NCBI GenBank assembly: GCA_964199315.1
Contig: OZ116704.1
Coordinates: forward strand, 26,660,001-26,724,000
DNA length: 64,000 nucleotides
Direction: 5' to 3'
Source: Orbicella franksi
Lineage: Eukaryota
Notes under the pieces: model-generated
Seen by the model: only the letters and a program-made list of their open reading frames with translations
What the model was told of the DNA's origin: nothing
Databases searched by the model: none
Program-made: the position numbers and the translations under genes
Shown: piece by piece, positions 12,001 to 24,000 of the stretch
How positions within the stretch are numbered: the first letter of the stretch is position 1
Layout of the letters: every line of letters begins with the position of its first letter

Positions 12001-15000
12001 CCTGCTTCTCCCTCCATGCCCTGTGCTCCTTTATCTCCTGGTGGGCCCTCGAGGCCTATCACGCCTTGATCACCCATATCACCAACAGCACCTCTAGAGC
12101 CATTCCGTCCTTTTATACCTGTGAGTATACGAGATTAACAATCCAACAGTGACACATTACCCAAAGAATGACACATCAGACAGATTGATAGAGCAGTCAG
12201 TGTGACACAGCAAACATAGACTGATACATCAGAAATAAGGTGACATGACTACAATGTTGGACATTAATTAACTCTTTGTTGACGGGAGGTTTTCATTAAT
12301 AATTAACCCATCATATTCTTTAGCTAATATTTCTACAGGTATTTACAGTACTGTAGCCTGTAATATCTCATTTGAAAGGGCATAAAATATACTTAATAGA
12401 AAAAAAAACATTTACCTTCATGGAAGCTAACATTACCTTGATGATAATTTTTTTTGCAAACCATAGAATTAAATATAAAAGCTAAAAAATAGTTGGAAAA
12501 CCAAAAATATTGTTAGAACACTATTTTCAGAATTAGTGTCAAAAGAGAGTATTTTCCCTGATCTATAACCAAATGTATCCTGAAAACCGAATTAAAAACG
12601 ACCTGATCTTAAATTAACCACGATTTTTTTCTGGACGTAAACAAACATATTGCATTTCCGTTACTATGGAAACCCCCAGTCAGTCTCATGTTACGCATCC
12701 CTGAATCAATAGGCCCTTTGCAGCTAAGCCATCACGTGACCTATTTGTCATAAAATTATGGGCTACAACTTAAAGAATGCCATGAATGGAAAGAACGCAT
12801 CGAAAATATGAAAATGGCCAAGTTTGAGGCTCCCATCGTTATAGAGGGAGATTTTATGACGGTCCGAATTTTTAAAAGAATAAGAAGATTTGTATGGAAA
12901 AAGTTGTTGGAGAGCAAACTCTTGCTCTCCAGCAACATTTTCCATACAAATCCTCTAAATTTTCCGAAAATTCAAACTGTCGTGAAAACGTACTCTTTAA
13001 TTCCAGGGCCCTCAAACTTGGCCATTTTGGTATTTTCGATGCGCTCTTTCCATTTCTGACATTCTTTAAGTTATAGCCCATAATATAAAAATTTTATAGG
13101 AAAAATCTGGTCACGTGACCCCAGCTGCAAAGGGCCTATTCATTTCACAACAAAAAGTCAACTAAGCGAAGAATTTATTCAAGATTTCTGAGCTCTCCAC
13201 TTTCAATAACGATTGACATGAACATAATTTAATCATTAGCCAAGATTCTTAAGGTAAAAATGGCAAACCGAAGGGAATTTAGTTACATTTGAACAACATC
13301 TGCTAAAATGGGTGACCACGAGCGAAGACTCACGTAAGTTTGTTTACCTCAATTTTTCGCTTTTTATTTCCAGATTACTGTAAAAATTACTTTCTAATTA
13401 CTTGAAATACCCTTCGGAACGTCGTCCTGGTCAAAAACCATCATCAGAATCTTTGCAAATCATTTTAAGCTCACCCGATTCAACTCCGCCATCGTGACAT
13501 GAATTTGCCTGATGTTTGTCTCACCTAAAAATCGCCCAGTGATTGGGTAATTATGTCAGCTTCCTGTTGTCCAAATTTGGCATCGAACGGAAGTAACGCA
13601 AATTTTTGGCGATTTTTTTCTCTTATGGGTACACGCACGTACCCATAATAATAGCATTTGTTGATGAAGAGTTAATTGACACCACACTTATAGATTGATA
13701 AGTCAGAAATTGACTCTTGACACAAGGCGAGACATTAGAGTTTGATTGACACATCAGACATATTGACACTTAAGACACAAATTCAAACATTTTATCATGC
13801 TTTCAACCTGTTATCTCTGATTCATTGATTTTTTAACCTCGGCACCTAAACTAGGATTTACACCTCTGAGTGGTACCCATGTATTATGATCGTCTTTGTG
13901 TCCACAGGGACCTTTGGGTATAATTAACAATTGAGGTAAGGTAGTCCCCAGCTCACACTGTCATAGTAACTTAAAAGCTGGTTTGTTGCATGACTCAAGG
14001 ATGCTACACAGCCATAAGATGTAATTACAACTGAGTTTCACATAAGTATCTTTTATCTATTTTACACTTCTGGAAGAGAAGCTCTGAGCGAGAGTGGTGA
14101 GCAACCACAGGGACAACTCAATCCAGATTTAAATTAGTGCGATCAACCACCAAGCCTAAAGCTTGACACCTTGCATAATAATAAAAAAAATGCGTAATCA
14201 TTACTCAGCGGTAAGGCAGCTACCTTTTGGACCTGCAGGACCGGCGGGTCCTTGTGCATCATCTCCTGGGAGCCCTTTGGGTCCATCAGGCCCAGGTAAG
14301 CCACGTTCTCCTTTTCCACCAATAGCACCTGTGTTGCCCTTCAGTCCTTCTACACCAGACTCACCTTTGTCGCCAATTTTTAATTGACCTGTGATAACAA
14401 CGACAAAAACAGCATATATACATGTATGGAAAGCTCTCTGCTAGGGAACCTGCTGTTATCTCCTAAGAGTGCCAAAATACACATTAATTAGATCAAATTT
14501 TGATCTATCAAAAGATTACCACAGTGCCAAATAGAGGTACGAACAGCAACATTTATCATGGAAATTCTGCTCGATAGCTTTTAGTAAATTAGGTTTTTTG
14601 TGAACTCTTTAACTTGATAGGGGAGTGTTTGCTGATGTCATCTTTTACATTTTATATCAATAGCATTCCACTTTGCTAATCAATAATTGACTCCAGAAGT
14701 GTAGAGAGCCTGTTTAACATAGTAACTGGAGAAATGCTTAGCTCTTTGGATTTTGCAGTGAGTGCTAATGAGTCCATATATTTTCGAGAATTTAGACGTT
14801 TTAAGTTTGTGTTATACAAATTCTATACCTTGCAAAGGGCTCAAATATCTTGGAAAAGTTAATCATGCTAAGCCCTTTTAACATTCTGAGCCGATATCAT
14901 TGCACATGCAGCTCTACCTGAACTGAAGTACTAATGCTAATTAGGTAAAAATTGTAAACAAAAATTCCCCTATAAACATCACAAATGAGCTGTACTAAAA

Positions 15001-18000
15001 TGAAAAGTGAATGATAGCTGCAAAAATTAAACCCATAAGGAGTTTGGAACATGTAACATGCGTTCACAAATTTTGAATGTTCATACCTAAATTTCCAATA
15101 CCCCCTGTTGATCCTTTTGCTCCCTTGGCTCCATCAGTTCCTCTCTCACCCTTCTGACCTTTTGAACCATTTTTGGCCATTTCGGGGATTGGCAAGATAG
15201 GAGGTTGTCCCTTTTGGCCATCTGCACCTTTATTGCCACGCACACCAGGATCCCCATCAACTCCAGGAGAACCATCTTCTCCCTACAAAAACAATTTAAT
15301 ATTTAAGGACATTCAGGCAATGATAATTGATATTATTGTAACAAAGAGATTCCATGTTGCTGTGCATCTCAGTGTTCAGTACTAGTAACAAATCACATTT
15401 TGATGTCTTATTGAACAAACACATGACAACGTGGAATCTACTCCTTTTATATACTAAATAAAGAAAAAAGAATGTTAAAAATGTCATCAGTGCATCTGTC
15501 CTCCAATAGATCGTAAGTAAGAACCATCAAAATACAAGAATAATTTGACCTATTATATAAAGTTAAATAGATTTGTATGACAGTTAGCTATAGCAAAGCC
15601 ATAGTATCAAAACTCGGTATTCATAAACATGCGTCATAATCCAGTGATGCACGCTCATGGTGTGAGCAAAGTTAACTTTGCTTTGTGAGAAAGTTTTTCC
15701 AATGCCAATGCTAAAATAAACAATGATGTTAAGAAGTGGTCTAATTAAATAGAGGAGTTATGATGTACGCCCCCCCCCCCCCTCCAGTACATGGGAAGTT
15801 GGCTGCACCTTGAGCAACTCTTATGCTTCTTTTCTACTTTCAAAACTGTGTCCATGCATCTTAACTCAAAAATGTAGACCAAGGCAAGAATCAATAATTG
15901 TTAATTAATTAATAAAATTGTTAATAAGTTAATAAATATTGCTAATTTTCGAACTTCCTCTGTGGCCAGATGACTAGTTAATTACTCGTCAGAATGCAAG
16001 AGAAATTCTAATGTGGAGAATGTTTTGTGACCGTAGCGTGACAAGTTGTCATACTAATGAAAACTCGTGACTATTGTTTTGTTTCTAAGCCACTGAGCTA
16101 TTTTGATTTCATCTCTAGTTTCAAATCATGTGATATCTTGTTTCCAGCATGAAATGCATGATCAATTGAATCAATTGTTGTAATCTTTGGGGTGAATTTG
16201 GGCCGATCAGTGGAATAAACAGCAACTTGTGAATATTGAGTGAGTCTTCAGTGTCTCTGGGAATGAATTGGATACATAAGGAAATTCCCCACACTAACAT
16301 AGTTAGCAAAGCCACAATGCCAAACTCAGCATACATCAGGGTGTATGATAATTCAATAATGATGCTTGTGGTGTGAGTGGATTGGTTTTGTATTTTATTT
16401 TTCTCGTCTTAATTATACAAATATTAAGGTGCGTTTCTTTGGGGTGATCTGGATCAGAATCAGTGATCCAAGATCAGTCTGGATTATGGTACATCAAAGG
16501 AACCGATGATTACTGCTAATAAGCTAGTTAATGATGTTATTCCTTATGAAAGTAAGTTAAAACCAGAGCTTTAAATCAAATACAAACAACTTGTGATGGT
16601 GTTACTAGGGGAACACTGCCTTGCGTTTGGTTAGCCTATGCGACTTCTGGCGATAGCGTGACAAACAACCTCACATATCTCCCCAGCACTACAAACTGAA
16701 TGGCAGACAGCAGATGCTGGATCAGACAAGAGTATCGGTTAGCAAGCGACATTCAAAGGTGATGAAAAGACAACAAGCTTGGGGGGAGTCACAGCACAGA
16801 CTTAACTGCACCATTCAGGAGAGACCTTTTGTTTATTATGCAGGAATACATGACCAACCTTGTCTCCAAAGGAAGGGAGGGAGGGAAAATTTAATGATAG
16901 ACTTACAATTTAAGTAATAGCTATGTTGCTTAGACGAACTGCAAATGGACTCTGAACAGTTGTTTGAGCTTTTATACGTAGGCATTCATCTGTTGGTAAG
17001 CCAGTAGGAAAGGCTGTACTACCGAGCAGCTTACCCTAGCACATGTAACATCTTTAAGATGAATAGCGCTTTAATGCTTTGCACCAATGCTATGGTTCAT
17101 TAGAACGTTCTGAAGGTAACAAAGCTACAATGTTTAAGGTCTAGCTACAATAAAGCTTACAGTTTGCTGACCTTTGGAATACAACTGCTCAATAGCTCTA
17201 TAGAAAGCGATGCCGCCATGAACGGCTCATTGAGAACGTACCTCATGCTCCATTAACTATATTTTACTGGCGTGACAGTAAAATCTCATTAAACATACCT
17301 GAGGAAAAGCAATTTCTTACCGACATATTTTTGTTGTTTTACAGTACATTTTAATGCAATGTATGGGGTACATGTATGTCTATTTTCACTTAGATGGTTA
17401 TTTTCCTCCATTTCCTCTCTAATCAATGTATTTTACACAATGAGTGACAAAAGTAGCTGAGATACTTAGAAAATGATGCTTTTTGATATTTTAACCCCTT
17501 ATTCTATTTTATTTGCATCTTAAGCGTTAATCCCCTGATACCCCTGGCCGCCCAATTCAATGTTGTGTAGGTGCTGTGGTCTGTGCAGTCTTAGAAATAG
17601 AAAAATCAACACTGTTTGGGGGAAGGGGGGCATGGTTTCAAGACGCTCAAAAATCGAATTTTACTGCGAAGTGTCTCAACACTTTTGTCGCTCATTTGTA
17701 TTTATATACAGGTGTATTTTTTTCATGCCACTAAAACATTATCATAAAAAAGGTGGTTTTGAGCTGAAACTAGGTACTGTGTACTTGAACAATTACCCTC
17801 CCCCTGGCTTTCCTTAAGCCCCCGGCGTAAAATACACTTCTTACCGGTGGTCCAGGCAGACCTTCAGGACCCTGCTCTCCTAAGCTACCATTGTTACCAG
17901 GGGAACCATCATTTCCGGGAGGACCAGGTTTTCCCTTTTCGCCACGGTCACCTACTTCACCTGGCAGACCTGCTGGTTGAAACAGTTCTTCTCTTGGACG

Positions 18001-21000
18001 CTTGCCACTCTCACCTTTTTCTCCAATATTCCCTCGGGGACCTGGAAAGCCCTTAGCACCCTAAAGAGGAGGACCAATAAGAACCCACAAGCTATATGTG
18101 ACTATTAAATAACTGATATACTACGCATGGTCTGATTGATAAAAAAACCTATTGTTTATTGTACCAGTATACCGATGTGGCAGCAATGCAAGAGAACAAT
18201 AGAACTCAGAAAGCTGCAGCTTACATTGGCTGAGATATCAAAAACAGGAATATCTTTTCAATTAACATATAAATAGAAATTTCTATGGAAAGTTGGTCAC
18301 AATATAATGCTTGATGTTTTACCCCAAGGGAAAAATTCTATGCCAAATCCATTTATGGTTCAGTTTAGAATGACAGTTTGTTGTATCACCTCATGAATTT
18401 GCTGATAATAAGTAACTTGATCATGAAAGGACAACGTTTCCTCTCTTTGATAAAAACTTTTTCCAGTTATTTTACAAAAGCAATAGATTGCTCTTTATAT
18501 AGCCTTAGCGGAGCAATAAACCACTTAGGATGTTTCGAAAACAACACCCAATGGCTCACTATTTCTAAGCTTTTCTTGTGTTCTCACAACATCCTGCATA
18601 GGTTTATTGTGTTGGTGAACCCATAGAAAGAGCAGTCTATTGCTTAAGGAAGCCTTAGGATTTCAGTTTTCATGGTTGACACTTATTTGGTTTCATGTTT
18701 GGTGATCATAGGAAACAACTAATAAAGAAAAATGTCTGTGTTAAAATCTCACACCTGCTCTGGACACAAATAAAAGGAAAACGAAAATCCATTAGAAATA
18801 AAAAGGAAATGAAACAGATGCTAATTGCTTATGTAATGTGGCATACAGGTATCTTTTCTAGTCTAAACAACCAGTTCTCTGATTCCTCTCAAAATGAGTA
18901 CAAAATTTTGTCTTCATCAAGTTTCATGCCTCCTGGAATTTGCAGTGGATGCCATGTGAAATCAAACAGTCATACAAACCAATAGCCTGGGATGAAAAAC
19001 AAGAGGTTAATTCACTGGTTCACCCTAGATCAGCCAGTCATTTGCCATCTTATGTCCATTCCAGACTGCATTGTATATGCATTCTGGGATGGAAACAAGA
19101 TGGCAGTTGACTGATATGATGAATGTTTAAGCTTTGTTTATAACCAGAGTCATTACAAAAGAATTGCTCTATTTGTTGACTATCATAGAGGAAAAACACT
19201 CATTTGACACAAATTTTCACAAGTAAGGCTGAATTTGTCAATCAGAAATGGTTTTTCAGTACCATTATTTCTGAGACAGGGTAATGACCCGGTATCAGAA
19301 TCAATTGTTGCATTGATAACCTAGGGCTTAATCACAAGTACCATGCACTTACCGGTGGTCCTGGTACACCAGCTGTGCCATCTGCTCCCCTTGTGCCAGT
19401 AGGCCCTTGAGGACCCTTGATCCCGTCTGGCCCAGGTTCTCCAGCATTTCCAGGCTCACCAGCATTGCCTTTTATTCCTTTAAAACCTTTTGGACCAGGA
19501 CGGCAAACGGGACATTTATCTTTTTCTCCTTTTTCACCTTTTTCACCCACTGGTCCTTGTTCTCCTGGTTCCCCAGTTGACCCTACAGGTCCTTGGCCAC
19601 CAGGTTTAGGGGATGGACAAACATTCTCTAGGCAGAACACTGGACCAGCTACAAACAAGAAATTGAAAAGTTAAAATACGCTGTTGCCTAACCAATCCCT
19701 TAAACATGGTTGTCACAGACATCAGATGTAGTCACAATCTTCAACTTCCCTTACAGCCTTCCTTGTTAAGGAAAAGCACTGTTCAAATCACAGTCACTTG
19801 GACGTAATACATGAAACACGAGAGACAGCGTTTCATCGGGATATCCAAACACTGAGAAGAGAATACCACATGCAGTGGAGTATTTTTGATGAAATTTGAG
19901 GTGTTTGGATAGCCGATGAAACATTGTCTTGAGTGTTTGATATATCTTCTCAATCAAAACAAAAACTAAGGATTAAATGGAGAAGTTAAATCGTCAAAAT
20001 CTATGCTAATTAAGATTGGGTATCCAAACCCTCTTCACGGTTGTGATTTTCTTTGTTTTTACTTGACAAATTATTAATGAGTTTGAGAATGTTCCTTCCA
20101 GCATTCAATGATAATATATCATGGCTGCCACAGACATCACTTATCAAAATTCCCTGACTTTTCTCTGACTTTCCCCTGGTAAAAATAAAATTTCCCTGAC
20201 CAAATAAATATAAAATGACAAATAGAGTAGCAGCTTCTGGCCTCCCCTTACAACTGTCCTTTCCACTTGTTCATTAAAACTGATAACTTTTCAACATATT
20301 TTCCTTCTTCATTAAGGTATCAGCATACCCCAAAATTGATCATTCTTCAAAAAAATTGTTTTTTGCTTTTTCAGATAGATCTTTTGAGAATCTTTCAATA
20401 TGTCCTTTTGCTTTGCTGTATTTATTCTCTCACATCAGAAAACTACCGAATGGCTGACCATGTTTGAAATCACCCTATAACATATTGCAAACCCTTGATC
20501 ATTGACTATGTCATGTATGCCTATGGAGTGTTCTCTTGTAATGAATGGTATCTGATTCAAAAGAAAGTTTATTGAGTAGAAACACTTCAAAAAGCACTTG
20601 CTATCAAATTTTATCATAGATCCTACTAAACTGCTTTACTTTCCTTGGTACCCTGATGCATTTTTTCCTTCTGTAGCTTTCAATAATATTTATTGGCCCC
20701 TTTCCTAAAAAAATTGGCCTGTAAAAAAGGTTTTCAGGGGCAACTTTGGCCCTCCCTCAAGCAAAATTTCTGGCTGGCTGGCTGGGTTTCTTGGTTTCAA
20801 GTTCCAACCCAACTGTCTTGCTAAGGACTTTCTGCAGTCTTCTGTGTCAATATCTGGGGTGTTTTCTCCTACATTTTTGGTATGTACTAAAACAAACATT
20901 CCCTTCAGAGTCTGTGGCTAGGGGAGGAAATACAGATAATATCCAACAATGGACAGCACCGCTGGTAACAATTGTTTATTATTCCCACTAAAGTGAAATT

Positions 21001-24000
21001 TAAACAATTTATATCATTTTTGTTGACGGCACTGCATCAAAGAGCCTCTCCTGCAGTCTCCTATTAAAGATCTTTAAAGCTAAAATTCTTAACAAAGATA
21101 GATGAACGAATAGAAGAAACTTTGTTTACATTAATGTCACTATTCCACTTATTCAAACTAAGTGTAGGATGTAATGCAACAAGGTAAAAGTACATATACA
21201 AACAACAATATGGCATAATTGAAGGGGACAGCACTGTGGCAGGTTGGACATGACTTCATGATAGGCAAAAAAAAACTTCTCACTTATTCTCCCACTACAT
21301 GGAAATAGAAGAAAAGTACTGGCAGAACCTTTCTTATCTCCCCAGCACTGCACAGGCTGGATCAGACACGATAAAGGCCAGGGTATAAGATGGTAAGACA
21401 AAAGATATGCCAAAAGCTTGGGGGAACTGAACCAGGAGTGACCACAGTCTATGGGCAAATGTGACCCTCCATGGGAAAACAGGGATAAAGGTGATTAAGC
21501 ACACTAACAACATGCTAACACAGCATGCTTAGTATGCATTAAAAAGAGACACTTCTAGGGCAACCCACTACAATCAACACATGCCTTTGTAATATTATAC
21601 TTGTATCATGCACCTTTCTGTGAAATAAGCAGTGTACCTGTACCAACCCCAAAAATAATTAATAATCAACAGTGCTGCAGAAAATTTGATCCACAAATTC
21701 AGGAGTGAAATTTGCTTGACAGTTAACAGTGAGTAATTAAATCAGGTGTAATGACAGCTATAACACAGCACTATTACCTTTAGGTCCTTGGGCTCCAACC
21801 TCTCCCTGTATTCCTTTGAAGCCTTTAGGTCCAGGAGGTCCATCCATGCCTTTTGGGCCAGGCACAGGGAGCCCATTCTCACCACGCTCTCCCACATCAC
21901 CTACTGGTCCTTCTAAACCTTTTGGGCCTTCTTGACCCTCCATACCTGGAAAACCTGAGGAAGGACAAAGCATGCTTACTGCAGAGTGAGAGAATCATAC
22001 TTCTTGCTATTCGTCTTCTCTCTTGAGGAAGGACAAGGCATGTTTACTGAAGAGTGACAAATCACAATTCTTGCTTTTCTGTTTCTTTCCTCGGCAACAA
22101 ACTAACATCTAACTTTATATGCCCTACAATAACAGTTTCATCACTTACAATAGCACTACAATACCAGTTTCACCCCCCTGGAGGCTCGCACCTTCAGTGC
22201 TTGTTTTCCCAACCGTCTATTTCTTTTCCCCAGCCTGCTACTTCAAAACTTACTGAAAGCACTGAGCAGGGCATGAGAGCAATACAACCAGTGACGTCAC
22301 AAGGTTGTTTTTGGCTGTGCCAAGATGCCTCAACCAGCCAACTTCTAACAGCTGAAAACCAGCTTTAACTTACTGTTTGCAAAAAAAAAAAAAATTGCAG
22401 TGGTTTCAAGTAAGGTTCAAACTTTATTATCAAGCAAACAACTCTGAAATGAAAATTTCATTTCAGTGGCACTTTGAGTTGTTTTAATTCACCTTTTTTG
22501 AAATCAGTTTTGGAGTCATTCTTATTTTTTTTTTTTGTATCTCTTGCAATTGTCTTGCACATGCATGTTGCTATCCGCAGGTAGCAGTTTACAGTTTGAA
22601 CCATAATAATTTTCTATCAAAAGCGGCAGCTAGTTTTTTTTAGCAGTACACCAAAAAAAGAAAAAGAAGTTGGTGGTTATAGTGATATGCTGCTATTCTG
22701 GTGTTCCTAGTTGTGGTAGGAAAATTTTGCTTCTATTTTAGTCTTGCAGGTGGTATAGTATACTTGATTTTGTCAGTTTCAACCCTACAGAGTGTGAGTA
22801 GCAGGTAGTCTGCCTGTCCATGGCTTGTATTATGTGCAGGACAAGACAAGCACTAGAAAAAGCACAGTAAATTGTACTATGACCACAGTACAGTGTTATG
22901 ACCAAATTTTACCTTGTGTTCCCGGTGGCCCAAGAGGTCCTTCAGGTCCAGGAGCACCAACAGATCCTTTGGGACCAAAGACAGAAGCGCCTTGGTTACC
23001 AGGAGGGCCTATGTCACCTGTAGAGCCTTGAGGCCCACGGTCTCCAGGAGATCCGGCTGTACCTTTCATTCCTTGATTACCCTTCTTGCCTGGCAGTCCA
23101 CCCTGCACACACAACCATATATGAACTATCTTAAAGGAGAAGGTCACTCCATAAACATATTTCACTAAATTTAGCTACTCACCGAGGTTTCATCCTCTAA
23201 AGTGCAAGTTTTCCCCCGATGACATCAATCAATGAAAATATATCACTGATTGCCAATCAATAAACATTAATTGATTGATATTGATTGATCTAACCAATCA
23301 AAACTTATTGATAGTCTCAATTGTTATTGAATATCCCTGACTTTTTATTCATATCAATAAATGGTTGCACAACAGTAAAAACCTGCGTTTGGCAATGCAC
23401 AGAAAGACTTAGATTTCTGCATTATAATGCTACACTCAAACTGAATTAGTAAAATTCTCCAACGCATGGATAACAGATGCAAAAGAAATGTGCTTAGATA
23501 CCTGTTTATATCCATCTCAAATTGTAATGAAATGCTATGAAATCCCAGATTCAAAAGACACAGGTTCAACAACTCAGGAATGTGGCGTATTAGGGGCAAC
23601 ATTACAGTACAGCATATCGTACGAAAAGACTTAAGGTTCACAAAATCGGGATTCTGTGTGAACCCTTTCATTTCTAACAAAAAGCTCATGGGTGGACAAT
23701 AAAAAAATTGAAAATAGATAAAGAAAAGAGTTTGTAAAAAATGATTTCCTTTTGAGATGTTGTTAGGTTATAGTTTCAAAACAGTTGAACATCATTATTT
23801 GCAGTCATTTAAAATTAGTTTATTCTATTTTAAGATCCTCTAGGGAGTTTCAAGTAACAAGATTAGACTGTATGTAAAGTATAAATCAGAGCAAATAAAC
23901 TTTATTTCAATATCATTTGACGTTTTGAATATCTTTGTGAAACGAAATGTTGAAGTCAAGACTAATACTTTTTAAAAAGGAAAAAGTAATTCACATTTAG

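Noticed and set aside
23183-23196. 14-nt microexon (DETS) with a GTGAGT donor
   Set aside because: Part of the inverted subterminal repeat of the Kolobok-like element (mirror copy near 24730-24760); not needed for frame
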